Shown here in pieces: positions 27,690 to 38,535 of a stretch of DNA of 64,000 nt. This DNA comes from Candidatus Enterousia sp. Its GTDB lineage: Bacteria; Pseudomonadota; Alphaproteobacteria; Rs-D84. Below the pieces are notes generated by a model that saw nothing but the letters and a program-made list of their open reading frames with translations, did no database searches and had not been told where the DNA came from. Numbering within the stretch: the first letter of the stretch is position 1; every line of letters starts with the position of its first letter. The translations under genes were made by a program, and so were the position numbers. The stretch spans positions 7,669-71,668 of the forward strand of contig JBGUTP010000007.1 of NCBI GenBank assembly GCA_045133095.1. Direction: 5' to 3'.

Positions 27690-30551
27690 TTACTTTTTTA
27701 TTTTAGTTTCTTTTACCGATTTGTCCAGATACTTCTTCAAATATTTTCCTGTCAAAGATTCCGGAACATCTGCCACCTGTTCTGGCGTTCCTGTTGCGAT
27801 AACCTGACCACCACCTGCCCCACCGGTTGGTCCCAAATCCACAATCCAATCTGCGGTCTTAATCACTTCAAGATTATGTTCAATTACAATCACGGTATTT
27901 CCCTGTTCTACCAACTCGTGCAACACAGACAGCAGCAACTTAATATCTTCAAAATGCAATCCTGTTGTCGGCTCATCAAGAATATACAACGTTTCACCTG
28001 TACTGCGCGCGGCCAATTCCTTGGACAATTTGATACGTTGCGCCTCGCCCCCCGACAGGTCCAACGAACTTTGTCCTAGTTTGATATAATCCAAGCCCAC
28101 ACGTCTTAACAATTCCAATTTTCTGGCAATCTTTGGCACATTAACAAAGAATCTATACGCCTCTTCCACGGTCATATTCAGAACATCCGCGATTGATTTT
28201 CCTTTATATTTAACCGCCAGAGTCTCTTCATTATATCGCGCCCCACGACAGCAATCACATTCGACATAAACGTCCGCCAAGAAGTTCATTTCAATTTTAA
28301 TTTGCCCATCTCCCTGACACGCCTCGCAACGTCCCCCCTTGACATTAAACGAGAATCTGCCCGACGTATATCCACGGGCCTTTGCTTCGGGCAATTCTGC
28401 AAAAAAGTCGCGAATATCCCCAAACACACCGGTATAGGTTGCCGGATTACTGCGTGGGCTGCGCCCAATTGGCGACTGGTCAATATCGACCACCTTATCG
28501 ATATTTTCCATACCTTCTATAATATCATGTGGTGCGATTTCCATTCTGGAATTATACAACGCACGCATCAATGCAGGATAAAGCGTATTTAACAACAGCG
28601 TAGATTTCCCAGACCCCGACACCCCTGTCAACGCCACAAATTTCCCTAATGGAAATTCCACGGTTACATTCTTAAGATTATTTCCACACGCGCCGCGCAC
28701 CACAATTGCATTACCATTCCCCTTTCTGCGCTTTTTTGGGACATCAATCTTTCTTTTTCCTGACAAATACTGTCCTGTTATAGAATCCTTGTTTTTTATA
28801 ACCTGTGCGGGGGTTCCCGCGGCGATAACATTTCCACCATTTATACCGGCACCCCGCCCAATATCCACCAAAAAGTCCGCCGTCCGCATTGCATCTTCAT
28901 CATGTTCCACAACAATCACAGTATTATCCTTGTCGCGCAGCATCTTCAATGTTTCCAACAACTTATCATTATCGCTTTGATGCAACCCAATAGACGGTTC
29001 ATCCAACACGTACAGCACCCCTGACAAGCCACTTCCAATCTGTGATGCCAAACGGATACGTTGCGCCTCGCCACCGGACAAAGTTCCCGCCATTCTCGAC
29101 AGTGTCAAATACCCCAATCCCACGTTTTGCAAGAAATACAATCGGTCTGTAATTTCGCGTAAAATAATTCGTGCAATCTCATTATCCTTACCCGTCAGAT
29201 GATTTGGCAAATCACGAAACCATTCCAACGAATCGTTCACCGACATATCGCACACATCCATAATATCGGCATTATTTATACGCACACACAGCGCATGAAC
29301 ATTCAAGCGTTTTCCATGGCATATTGGGCATGGCTTCTCAGATTGATATTTTGCCAATTCTGTCCGCATAGCCTCGGATTCCGATTCGCGCCAACGCCGT
29401 TCAATATTTGGAATAACACCTTCATATGGTTTTTCATAAACAAAACCATTCCAATTAATTTTTACCGGTTCATCACCACTGCCATATAAAATCAGTTTTT
29501 TCTGCTCTTCGCTTAACGTGTACCACGGTTTTGACAAAGGAATCTTAAATTTTTTATTCAACGCATCTAACAAATGCTCAAACTGGCTAAGCATTCCACC
29601 CCGCGACCACGGTGCTATCGCGCCACCCAAAATAGACTTTGACGGGTCAGGCACAACCAAATCCGGTGACATTTTCAGTTGCACCCCCAGCCCATCACAA
29701 TTTTGACATGCCCCCATTGGCGCATTAAACGAAAACAATCGAGGCTCTATTTTTGGCACGGTAAAACCACTTACCGGACAGGCATAACTTTGCGAATACA
29801 ATATATCTTCGTTATTGTCCAACCGTCGCACCAACACCGACCCAGGCACCAATCGCAACGCACCTTCGAATGACGAATACATCCGCGACCTAAATTCTTC
29901 TGTATCTGCACCTTCATCTGGCATTTGCATTCTGTCAACGACCACAAATATATTATGCTTTTTATTTTTATCCAAGGGTCGCACCGCGGACAAATCTACT
30001 AACTCATCATCAATAATTGCGCGCGTATAACCTTGTTTAACCAAGAAGGCTAATTCCTTTCGGTATTCCCCACGACGTTCACGTACCAACGGCGCCATAA
30101 TAAAAATCCTGATTCCTGCGGGAATTTTCATGGTCCAATCAACCATTTCTGCCACGGTCTGTGACTTAATAGGTTTTCCAGTAACTGGCGAATGCGGCAC
30201 CCCGATTCGCGCCCATAACAATCGCAAATAATCATAAATTTCCGTTACAGTACCAACGGTTGAACGCGGATTTTTCGACGTTGTCTTTTGCTCAATCGAT
30301 ATTGCCGGTGCCAAACCTTCAATCAGGTCAACATCTGGTTTTTTTTGCATATCCAAGAATTGTCTTGCATAACTAGACAGCGATTCGACATATCTGCGCT
30401 GTCCTTCGGCATAAATAGTATTAAATGCCAACGAAGACTTGCCCGAACCCGACACGCCAGTAAACACCACCAATTTATTTTTTGGCAGGTCCAAATCAAT
30501 ATTCTTAAGATTATTTTCACGTGCGCCGCGAATTTTTATTACATTTGCCAT
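27690..30551 (-). CDS. uvrA: Excinuclease ABC subunit A
   Basis: [22 protein letters not shown], two LSGGEAQRI signatures, Zn-finger CxxC pairs. Confidence 0.98.
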   Translation of the reverse strand: MANVIKIRGARENNLKNIDLDLPKNKLVVFTGVSGSGKSSLAFNTIYAEGQRRYVESLSSYARQFLDMQKKPDVDLIEGLAPAISIEQKTTSKNPRSTVGTVTEIYDYLRLLWARIGVPHSPVTGKPIKSQTVAEMVDWTMKIPAGIRIFIMAPLVRERRGEYRKELAFLVKQGYTRAIIDDELVDLSAVRPLDKNKKHNIFVVVDRMQMPDEGADTEEFRSRMYSSFEGALRLVPGSVLVRRLDNNEDILYSQSYACPVSGFTVPKIEPRLFSFNAPMGACQNCDGLGVQLKMSPDLVVPDPSKSILGGAIAPWSRGGMLSQFEHLLDALNKKFKIPLSKPWYTLSEEQKKLILYGSGDEPVKINWNGFVYEKPYEGVIPNIERRWRESESEAMRTELAKYQSEKPCPICHGKRLNVHALCVRINNADIMDVCDMSVNDSLEWFRDLPNHLTGKDNEIARIILREITDRLYFLQNVGLGYLTLSRMAGTLSGGEAQRIRLASQIGSGLSGVLYVLDEPSIGLHQSDNDKLLETLKMLRDKDNTVIVVEHDEDAMRTADFLVDIGRGAGINGGNVIAAGTPAQVIKNKDSITGQYLSGKRKIDVPKKRRKGNGNAIVVRGACGNNLKNVTVEFPLGKFVALTGVSGSGKSTLLLNTLYPALMRALYNSRMEIAPHDIIEGMENIDKVVDIDQSPIGRSPRSNPATYTGVFGDIRDFFAELPEAKARGYTSGRFSFNVKGGRCEACQGDGQIKIEMNFLADVYVECDCCRGARYNEETLAVKYKGKSIADVLNMTVEEAYRFFVNVPKIARKLELLRRVGLDYIKLGQSSLDLSGGEAQRIKLSKELAARSTGETLYILDEPTTGLHFEDIKLLLSVLHELVEQGNTVIVIEHNLEVIKTADWIVDLGPTGGAGGGQVIATGTPEQVADVPESLTGKYLKKYLDKSVKETKIKK

Positions 30552-30593
30552 AGTACTATACCATATAGATACCGAACGTCATTTTTTCAATAC

Positions 30594-30623
30594 AAAGGGC
30601 GAAAAATCCTTTTCGCCCCTTTT
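30594..30623. terminator. Terminator after rodZ
   Basis: AAAGGGCGAAAA-ATCC-TTTTCGCCCCTTTT. Confidence 0.65.
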
Positions 30624-30628
30624 CTTTT

Positions 30629-31489
30629 TTATTTACTTGCCTTTAACTTTTCAGGCGACATAGAAATTCCAGACATTCTTGTATGGTCTGCCCCGACATC
30701 TGGAATCAACACACCGTTTACCCAGACATCAATACCACCGGCATTTCCAAACGTGGCTTTATACTTATCACCTGCCGGCACATAATATACGTCGCCCGGA
30801 ACCAACACACGACTGAACACGGTTTTTCCACGTCCATCTTCAATCTTGACCCACGATTCCTGCGCCGCCTGCAAAACGACATCAGCCGTTTCATAATTAT
30901 CTGTACCGAAACGTTCACGAACTTGCTGTTTAAATTCTGGCTCTTTTGCAAATTCTTCAACGACCTGTGTCACTACTTCTTCTGGCTTAGTTTCTTCTGA
31001 TTTTGGGCTTAACGCGACCAAAGCAACCACCACCAGAACAATCGACAAAACACCGGCTGCGAACCACAACCAATGCTGATAAATAAATTGATAGACTTTC
31101 ACGAACATCACCTTGCCCCAACTTTCTTCTTTGATACTAGGCATGGCACATGCCGACACATCATCGTCATCATCTGCCACGGTGCAATCCGATTCCATCC
31201 CCATTTCTTTCTTTATTTTTGCAACAATTTCATCAGGGTTCAGCCCTAATTCCATGGCATAATTTCTTGCAAAGCCCAAAATATAAACAGTTTCTGGGAT
31301 AAAGGTATAGTTGCCATTTTCCAAGGCTTCTAAAAATTCTTCTCTGATACACAACTGCTTAGATATTGTTGGAATTTCACGTTTACGACGTCCAGTTGTA
31401 CGCGCATTACGCAGCATTTCGCCTGCTGTCAATTCCACTGATGATTCTGCAGTATCCATAATTTCCATATTTTCTGTCATATTTTTCAA
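30629..31489 (-). CDS. rodZ: Cell-shape protein RodZ-like
   Basis: N-terminal HTH (GEMLRNAR..LEALENG..YILGFARNYA..LGL), TM, C-terminal SWVKIED..GNAGGI domain. Confidence 0.8.
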   Translation of the reverse strand: MKNMTENMEIMDTAESSVELTAGEMLRNARTTGRRKREIPTISKQLCIREEFLEALENGNYTFIPETVYILGFARNYAMELGLNPDEIVAKIKKEMGMESDCTVADDDDDVSACAMPSIKEESWGKVMFVKVYQFIYQHWLWFAAGVLSIVLVVVALVALSPKSEETKPEEVVTQVVEEFAKEPEFKQQVRERFGTDNYETADVVLQAAQESWVKIEDGRGKTVFSRVLVPGDVYYVPAGDKYKATFGNAGGIDVWVNGVLIPDVGADHTRMSGISMSPEKLKASK

Positions 31490-31510
31490 TCCCCTAAAAT
31501 TTATTCTTCC

Positions 31511-32416
31511 CTAGATAATACCCCAAAATTCGCGAATTGCAACCCCTAAGGCATCCGCATTATCTATTCTATTAACTTTGATACGAAATTCCGACGAATT
31601 AGGCAAACCTGCACTGTACCACGCGGCATGTTTTCGAAACATTGGCACCGCAGTTTTTTCACCATAATATTCCACAGAATATTCCAAATGTCGCAACACT
31701 ATTTCACCCACATTTTGTGGCACCTGACCACCCTGAATCTGCGCCAAAGCCCACGGTTGCCCTAACAGTCTGCGCCCTATCATTGCCCCGGCGTATCCCA
31801 TTTTTTCGACACGTTCTAAATCATCTGGCGTCTTAATATCACCATTTGCGATAATGGGAATTGGCACCCCATCTAATTGTGGTAACTGGGCCGCCCCGAC
31901 ATACAACTGCGCCCGCGTACGTCCATGCAATGCGGCAAAGCGCACCCCGCAATCAGCCGCAACATTGATTAAATCACGCCAATCCTGATGTTCTGCATCC
32001 CACCCCAGTCGTGTTTTTATTGACACAGGGATTTCGACTGCCCGCACCACAGCCCTCATAATATCCGCCGCTAATTTATGGTCACGCATCAGATACGCCC
32101 CTGCGCCTGCACGTGTTGCGACCTTTGGCACTGGGCATCCCATATTTATATCAATCCATCCAGCACCCTGGTCCTGCAGTATTTTTGCTGCCTCTGCCAT
32201 CAATCCTACATCTGCGCCAAAAATCTGCGCCCCGACATTTCCTTCATTGGCATAATTATCAAAATTTCTTAAACAGTTTTTGTGCGCCCCCACCAATGAA
32301 TGACACGAAATCATTTCCGTTACCAACGGCGCAGACGGTGAAAACTCACGCACGATGCGTCGAAACGGCTTATCAGTAATTCCCGCCAAAGGTGCAGCAA
32401 AAATTTGATTCTTCAT
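31511..32416 (-). CDS. dusB: tRNA-dihydrouridine synthase (DusB-like)
   Basis: APLAGITD, DINMGCP, HGRT, ANGDI, MIGR; start MKNQIF at 32416. Confidence 0.88.
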   Translation of the reverse strand: MKNQIFAAPLAGITDKPFRRIVREFSPSAPLVTEMISCHSLVGAHKNCLRNFDNYANEGNVGAQIFGADVGLMAEAAKILQDQGAGWIDINMGCPVPKVATRAGAGAYLMRDHKLAADIMRAVVRAVEIPVSIKTRLGWDAEHQDWRDLINVAADCGVRFAALHGRTRAQLYVGAAQLPQLDGVPIPIIANGDIKTPDDLERVEKMGYAGAMIGRRLLGQPWALAQIQGGQVPQNVGEIVLRHLEYSVEYYGEKTAVPMFRKHAAWYSAGLPNSSEFRIKVNRIDNADALGVAIREFWGII

Positions 32417-32441
32417 AAACATTTGTGATATAATGCCACCG

Positions 32442-32768
32442 ATGAAGGAAAAAATCAAAAATTTATTCAAATTTCTTGGTCGTGCCTGGTCTGGTGGCGG
32501 CCGTGGCAAACTGGGGATTATATTTGCCCTGTTTGCGGCATTTATGTTCATAGGCTTATTTTTTGGTGATGTAAATGTGCAAAAGTTCACCATGAACATC
32601 TGGCACCTTAACACCGCCCAGGAACAACTAAACGCTGAACAGGCGACCCTGGACACCATTCAACGCCACATTGAACTTTTACAAAGTTACAGTCCTGATT
32701 ATGTTGAAGAACTGGGTTTGAAATATCTTAACATTGGCGACCCAAAGACAAAAATACTAAAAATTTAA
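32442..32768 (+). CDS. ftsB: Septum formation initiator FtsB/DivIC-like
   Basis: TM ..GLFFGDVNVQKF, coiled coil, PDYVEELGLKYLN; TGnTATAAT 7 nt upstream of ATG. Confidence 0.7.
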   Translation: MKEKIKNLFKFLGRAWSGGGRGKLGIIFALFAAFMFIGLFFGDVNVQKFTMNIWHLNTAQEQLNAEQATLDTIQRHIELLQSYSPDYVEELGLKYLNIGDPKTKILKI

Positions 32769-32793
32769 CCCCCTGTTTCAGGGGGCTTTTTTT
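32769..32793. terminator. Terminator
   Basis: CCCCCTG-TTT-CAGGGGG-CTTTTTT. Confidence 0.7.
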
Positions 32794-33269
32794 TAATTCA
32801 AAAACAACACCATCCCATTCAGATACAACGCGAACAACAACCACGCCACATAAGGCCAAACCAAATAAGACGCCGCCCGACTGATTTTTTTGAACGCGAA
32901 CGCCATCCATATTGCAATCGCAATCAACGCCACCAAACACAATAATGCCGCCCCTACAAAATGCAACCCAAAGAACAAATAAGACCACAACGCGTTCAGC
33001 CCCATCTGTGTAGCAAACAAAGCATACGGCACCGATTTATTTTGACGCGCCTTGGAACTGTTCATGACCAAGAACAACGCCACACCCAATATGGCATATA
33101 AAATCAACCATGCCCACAAAAACACCATCCCATTCGGTGTCAGCACAGATTGATTCAGCCCGTTATACCATACATTTGCCCCCGGCGACATTGGGGAAAA
33201 GAACCCACCAATAATCCCAGGAATGAACGAAATAACCATTGCAAAAACAAACATTAAAAATTTTCTCAT
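32793..33269 (-). CDS. tspO: TspO/MBR family membrane protein
   Basis: WYNGLNQSVLTP..F..W..LY, LNALWSYLFFG, PYVAWLLFA. Confidence 0.88.
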   Translation of the reverse strand: MRKFLMFVFAMVISFIPGIIGGFFSPMSPGANVWYNGLNQSVLTPNGMVFLWAWLILYAILGVALFLVMNSSKARQNKSVPYALFATQMGLNALWSYLFFGLHFVGAALLCLVALIAIAIWMAFAFKKISRAASYLVWPYVAWLLFALYLNGMVLFLN

Positions 33270-33381
33270 TTTTTTGACTCCTTTTAACAAAAGGATAACA
33301 CTTTTCATCCAACTTTCACATAGGAACGATTGGCTAATTCTAATAAAAAACCGAATCGTTTTTGCGATTCGGCTAAAATAC

Positions 33382-34287
33382 TTATTCAAAGATTTCCAAT
33401 GGAATTTCATACTCTCTGCAAAATTCATAAAAGAATTCCAAGAACGCCCGCACCTTTGGACTTTTCATTGTCAACGGATTACTGATTCCTGTTAATACAT
33501 ATTCATAATCAAAGTCTATATTTGGCACTTCTACCAACTTGGTATTTCTGGTTGTGCACCATTCTGGCATCAACGAAATTCCCGCCCCATCGCACACCAG
33601 TTGATAAATAATAGATGCCGAATCCGCGGTTGTATTTAATTTTTTTGCTCTTTTCAATATAAAATTACATTCCGGCAATTCCAAGAATTTCTGTCGAATA
33701 CACAAATCAAAATTTTCCAACATATCATCTAAATCTTGTGGCACGCCACACTTTTCCAGATATCCCGGTGCGGCATAAAACTTTACTTTTGTTTTAAATT
33801 TAAACAACGCATTATTTCCCGGAATTTTATTCAACGACCGCACATCCATAATCGAAATATCAGGATTTGACATATTCACATGCCGGTTAGTCAAGATGTC
33901 CAAACGAAATTTTGGATACTTTTCATACAATTTGGACAGTTCTATAAACAACAGACTGCCTGCAAATCCCTCTTCTGTCCATATTGAGATATTACCTGTC
34001 AGTTCATCTGGACCAGTTATATTATGAATAATATTATCCAGTGCCACCGATATATTTTCTATATCAGCGTACAGTTGTCGTGTTGTATTTGTTGGCACAC
34101 TGCCCGATGAACTTCTTATTAATAATCTTGTTTTAAAGCGCGCTTCTAAATCAGATATTAACTTAGACATATTAGAATGTTTGATGCCATTTCTTTCTGC
34201 TGCTGCTTGTATCTGTCCTGTATCTATAACTTCCTTCAAGGCCAATAATTCACGTAAAAATGTGATTTTAGTCTTTATTGTCGGCAT
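33382..34287 (-). CDS. LysR family transcriptional regulator
   Basis: N-terminal HTH (GQIQAAAE..SNMSKLISDLEARF.T.L.IRS), substrate domain, SPKVRAFLEF. Confidence 0.85.
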   Translation of the reverse strand: MPTIKTKITFLRELLALKEVIDTGQIQAAAERNGIKHSNMSKLISDLEARFKTRLLIRSSSGSVPTNTTRQLYADIENISVALDNIIHNITGPDELTGNISIWTEEGFAGSLLFIELSKLYEKYPKFRLDILTNRHVNMSNPDISIMDVRSLNKIPGNNALFKFKTKVKFYAAPGYLEKCGVPQDLDDMLENFDLCIRQKFLELPECNFILKRAKKLNTTADSASIIYQLVCDGAGISLMPEWCTTRNTKLVEVPNIDFDYEYVLTGISNPLTMKSPKVRAFLEFFYEFCREYEIPLEIFE

Positions 34288-34569
34288 CCATCACTCCATC
34301 TATCTGCTAATTTTTCGAAAGACTTCCATTATAACCAGGAAAACAAACCACACAACACTTAATTTTCATAAGAATAAATCCCCACACATTCCAAGAATAA
34401 AAACTTATTTATAATTTTTTGCCCACAAAAAAGCCAAATTCCGTGATTTTTATCCAAACCATCCTTTTTTTATACATAACTTCCGATAAAAACAGGATAA
34501 AAAAAATCCCAAAAGCATAATTTATAATGACCTTATACCTAACCAATTTTCAACAAAAGGAGTTTTTTA

Positions 34570-34821
34570 ATGACACACGAAGACGTTTGGTATGCAATAG
34601 ATCGTTTTGCCCAGGCACATAATGTTTCTTGTTCTGGTCTGGCAAAACGCAGTGGACTTGATCCAACCACATTCAACAAAAGCAAACGCTGTTCAAAATA
34701 TGGACAACCCCGTTGGCCGTCCACCGGCAGCATTGCTAAAATTCTGGATTCGACCGGCACCAGCATCAGTGATTTTATCAAATACTTCACCCCTGCTGTA
34801 CATCAACCAGACAGACATTAA
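34570..34821 (+). CDS. Xre-type HTH protein (alphaproteobacterial repressor-like N-domain only)
   Basis: W.AID.FA..SGLAKRSGLDPTTFNKSKR..RWPST.SIAKIL. Confidence 0.8.
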   Translation: MTHEDVWYAIDRFAQAHNVSCSGLAKRSGLDPTTFNKSKRCSKYGQPRWPSTGSIAKILDSTGTSISDFIKYFTPAVHQPDRH

Positions 34822-34824
34822 CCC

Positions 34825-34852
34825 AAAAAAACACCCAATTGGGTGTTTTTTT
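34825..34852. terminator. Bidirectional terminator
   Basis: AAAAAAACACCC-AATT-GGGTGTTTTTTT. Confidence 0.75.
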
Positions 34853-34888
34853 ATAAAAAGAACCGCCGTTTTACGACGGTTTAAACTT

Positions 34889-34965
34889 TGGCACGCCCTA
34901 CAGGATTCGAACCTGTGACCTGCAGATTAGAAATCTGATGCTCTATCCAGCTGAGCTAAGGGCGC
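34889..34965 (-). tRNA. tRNA-Arg(TCT)
   Basis: Reverse complement GCGCCCTTAGCTCAGCTGGATAGAGC-ATCAGA-TT TCT AA-TCTG..GGTTCGAATCC..GGGCGTGCCA. Confidence 0.95.
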
Positions 34966-35026
34966 AACGTCACCTATTTTATATTATTTTTTATAAAATT
35001 CAAGCCCACAACCAAACAAAGTTTAT

Positions 35027-36298
35027 TTAATCCCCAAGATTTAAATTTTCCGGCGTCAACAACCCCATTGCCGACAGCACCGAAAAATACGCCGACACAC
35101 GTGCATGCCTTGCGCGCACCTGTGCCACCTGGGAATTTAACAATTCTTGTTCTGCGTTTAAAACATCCAAGACCGTTCGTCGCCCCCGCGCCTGTTCATC
35201 CTTGATGCCATTCAACGCCATTTGATTTGCCTTAACACTTGCCCCAGCGGCTTGAACGGCGGCACCTTGCGCATCATACATATTCCACGCGATTCGCAAA
35301 TTCTCTGTAATTATCCGTCGCGTATTTACAATTTGTTCTTCTATTCCTGCGACCTTTGCCCGCACCTTATCTGAATTTGCGAACGCATTACCTTTGTCGT
35401 ACAGTGGCACCTTCAGATATATTCCAACACGACTGTCACGCACATCATCCAGGTATGGCACATCATCAATTTGTTGAATTGCCCCCCGCACATCAACCGA
35501 TGGCAACAAAGACTGATACGCAACAACAATATTTTGTTTTGTTGCCTTTTCGCGCGCCTCCAGTGCAATCAACACCGGATGTTGCCTCATTGCGTATTCT
35601 TCTGCATCATCTATTGTCCGTGGGAATAAATGCCCCACCGGCTCCAGGTCAATGTCTTCATATTCTGCCTCTGCTTCACCATAGATACGCACAAATGTTT
35701 CCAGCGCATTTTCATATTTCGCCTGTGCGTCTACCAATCCGTACTTTGCCATTTCCAGCCTGGCATCTGCCTGTGCCACATCGGTCCGGGTCAACATCCC
35801 CACCTTTTGTCTATCTCGCACCAGCGCATAATACTCTGCCAACACTTTTTTATTATTTTGATTTAACGCCAATACTTCTTTGGCATTTAACACTTCTATA
35901 TAGGCATTAATAGCATTTAAAAACACTTCCTGTTCTGTGGCGTATAAATTAGCCCTTTCCGCCACCAGGTTTCCCTTTGCGGCTTTAAAACTGGCTAAAT
36001 TTGCCCCACCCTGGAACAAGTTTTGTTGAAATTCCACACCATATTGCAACGGCGAATAGTCAAATGTATATTCGTCTATTTTTGTCCGTGCGACACCTGC
36101 ATTTCCCACCAGTCCCAGATACGGTTGGAACCCTGTTGTTGCGCCCTTAACATCGGCATGGGCGGCATCTACTGCGCTTCGTCCTTGCCCTATCACAGGG
36201 TTACTGTCGTACACCCGACGCAATGCAGAATACACATCTGCATGCACTTCACCACCAAACGCCCAACACACCCCAAAAACAACACAAATTCGTTTCAT
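35027..36298 (-). CDS. TolC family outer-membrane efflux protein
   Basis: Signal peptide, QNLFQGG, G.RTVLDVLNAEQEL, two OEP repeats. Confidence 0.9.
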   Translation of the reverse strand: MKRICVVFGVCWAFGGEVHADVYSALRRVYDSNPVIGQGRSAVDAAHADVKGATTGFQPYLGLVGNAGVARTKIDEYTFDYSPLQYGVEFQQNLFQGGANLASFKAAKGNLVAERANLYATEQEVFLNAINAYIEVLNAKEVLALNQNNKKVLAEYYALVRDRQKVGMLTRTDVAQADARLEMAKYGLVDAQAKYENALETFVRIYGEAEAEYEDIDLEPVGHLFPRTIDDAEEYAMRQHPVLIALEAREKATKQNIVVAYQSLLPSVDVRGAIQQIDDVPYLDDVRDSRVGIYLKVPLYDKGNAFANSDKVRAKVAGIEEQIVNTRRIITENLRIAWNMYDAQGAAVQAAGASVKANQMALNGIKDEQARGRRTVLDVLNAEQELLNSQVAQVRARHARVSAYFSVLSAMGLLTPENLNLGD

Positions 36299-36319
36299 AT
36301 CCTTCTTCCTTAGTTACTT

Positions 36320-37411
36320 TTATAACATTGTCTTAAAACGCCTCAGTGCGATTCCCCAAATCACCACCCCCACAACCAGCATCACACCTGCATGTCCCAA
36401 GAAATAAATCCAATCAGGTCCCTTTAACATGATATGTCGCACTAAATATGCGTAATGACTTAATGGATTTATATAACTTATTCCACGTAAAACAATCGGC
36501 ATATTTTCCGTTGACACTATTGCCCCAGATAGCATCAGTGCAACAAACGCAACAATAATCAACCCCAACATAGCCTGTTGCTGTGTATGGGTATATGTTG
36601 ACAACCAAACGGCTATACCGCACGCAGGCACACAGAACACCAAAAACGACATCAAAAACATCAATTGCGAACCAACGAACGGCACTTTAAAAACCGCCAT
36701 TCCCACGACAACAACACTAAGCATTACAATAAAAGACACCACCACATACGGCAAGACCTTGCCAAAAACAATATCGTATTTTGAAATTGGTGCCACCATC
36801 AACGTTTCCATTGTTCCTGTTTCTTTTTCTTTGGCAACAGAAATCGTAATTAAAATCAACAACGCCAGAAACACTAAAATTGTCGCCATTGACGGCACCA
36901 TAAAATATTTAGTATTCAACTGCGGGTTAAACAGCACGCGCACATTAAACTGAATTGGGCGCTCAACCTGCGAATTCATATTTTCATACAGCGCACCTGC
37001 GATAATTCCGCGCAAATACGCCTCTATGCTGTGCGATTTCAGAATATTCATCGAATCGATTAAAATTTGAACTTCTGCCTCATTTCGATTAATTGCCCGT
37101 GTTAATCCGCCCCCTGGTGCCACAATTGCGACATCGGCATTACCAGCCTGAACTAAATTTACAGGTTCTATATTTTCTGCATTTACCGGCACAAAGAACC
37201 CAGACCCAATTGCACGCCTATAAATTTGCATCATCGCATCATCACTCGGCACACTTTTAATTGCCAACCTTAAATTATCTGCTTGAAAAGTTATTGCACC
37301 CGACAACAAAATCATCTGCACCACCGGCATTATCAGAATTGCTATCATCAACACAGGGTCACGCAACAGCGCAATTATTTCCTTTTTAAAAAATCCCACC
37401 AAGACCTTCAT
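36320..37411 (-). CDS. ABC-2 permease (YbhR-like)
   Basis: KKEIIALLRDP, KEKETGTME.L...P, six TMs. Confidence 0.88.
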   Translation of the reverse strand: MKVLVGFFKKEIIALLRDPVLMIAILIMPVVQMILLSGAITFQADNLRLAIKSVPSDDAMMQIYRRAIGSGFFVPVNAENIEPVNLVQAGNADVAIVAPGGGLTRAINRNEAEVQILIDSMNILKSHSIEAYLRGIIAGALYENMNSQVERPIQFNVRVLFNPQLNTKYFMVPSMATILVFLALLILITISVAKEKETGTMETLMVAPISKYDIVFGKVLPYVVVSFIVMLSVVVVGMAVFKVPFVGSQLMFLMSFLVFCVPACGIAVWLSTYTHTQQQAMLGLIIVAFVALMLSGAIVSTENMPIVLRGISYINPLSHYAYLVRHIMLKGPDWIYFLGHAGVMLVVGVVIWGIALRRFKTML

Positions 37412-38535
37412 TCCAAAGACCTCTTAAATTTAATCACACACAGACCGAATACAATCAAAGCCTGACACGCCAAAACCACATACAGCCACCAAATATCAAC
37501 AAACGCACTGCCTTTCAGGAATTGGTCGCGCGTTATATCCATATAAAACCGTGCCGGGAACACCGCCGAAACCAATCGATACCCACGCGCCATATATTCA
37601 ATTGGAAACACAAAGCCCGACAAAATAATAGTTGGCAACAACCCAATTATCGCGGCATATTGAATTGCGACCTCTTGCTTTTTTGTGGATACTGAAATCA
37701 GCAACCCAATCGCCAAATACCCCAGAATAAACAACCCTGTTCCCAACACCAACTGCCACCAACTGCCCACGAACGGCACACCAAAGACAGTCCTTGCGAT
37801 AACAAAGACCAATAAGAAACCAACAAAACTAAGCACGGCGTACGGTGTCACTTTTCCAAAAATTATGTCCAATCTGCTTGCCGGCGTTGACAACAACATT
37901 TCCATTGACCCGCGCTCCCATTCACGACAAATTGTCAGTGTTGTCAACATAATCGCCACCAGTGCAATAATCACTGCCGCCAAACCTGGCACGGCAAACC
38001 ATTTGGAATTTAATTCCGGATTAAACAGATACCTAACCTTCAACCTGGGCTGATACGTTTCCAGCATTTTCGCCGGCACATCAAGTATTTTATAAAACGC
38101 ATCACTGTTAATCGCGGCAAGGTAATTAGACACCGATGACACAGACGAACTTTCTGTTCCATCCACCAACACTTGCACCTGCCCCTGCTGACCAGACAAA
38201 ACATCTTTTTCGAATCCTGGTGGCAAGAACACTGCCATTCTTGTCCGTCCATTTTTCATATTATCGATTGCCGCATCCATATCTTCCACGGCATTCAATT
38301 TAAAGTACCCAGAACTGCCAAATGTTTCCATTACCCTTCGCGCGGCATAACTTTTGTCATTATCGACAAAATCCACATTAATAGACTTTATATTAAATTC
38401 GATTGAATTTCCCAAAATAACCACAATCAACAGCGGCAACATCAGCGCCATCATTAACGTAAAAGGGTCACGCCAAATATGCTTAAATTCTTTTATAAAT
38501 ACGGCACTGGCGCGTCGCCACGAAAACACCCTCAT
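37408..38535 (-). CDS. ABC-2 permease (YbhS-like)
   Basis: KEFKHIWRDP, FNPELNS, REWERGSMEMLLSTP. Confidence 0.88.
   Translation of the reverse strand: MRVFSWRRASAVFIKEFKHIWRDPFTLMMALMLPLLIVVILGNSIEFNIKSINVDFVDNDKSYAARRVMETFGSSGYFKLNAVEDMDAAIDNMKNGRTRMAVFLPPGFEKDVLSGQQGQVQVLVDGTESSSVSSVSNYLAAINSDAFYKILDVPAKMLETYQPRLKVRYLFNPELNSKWFAVPGLAAVIIALVAIMLTTLTICREWERGSMEMLLSTPASRLDIIFGKVTPYAVLSFVGFLLVFVIARTVFGVPFVGSWWQLVLGTGLFILGYLAIGLLISVSTKKQEVAIQYAAIIGLLPTIILSGFVFPIEYMARGYRLVSAVFPARFYMDITRDQFLKGSAFVDIWWLYVVLACQALIVFGLCVIKFKRSLE

Noticed and set aside
34290-34565. Possible replication origin in AT-rich intergenic DNA
   Set aside because: Only degenerate DnaA-box-like words, no evident skew switch and no dnaA/hemE/parAB context.
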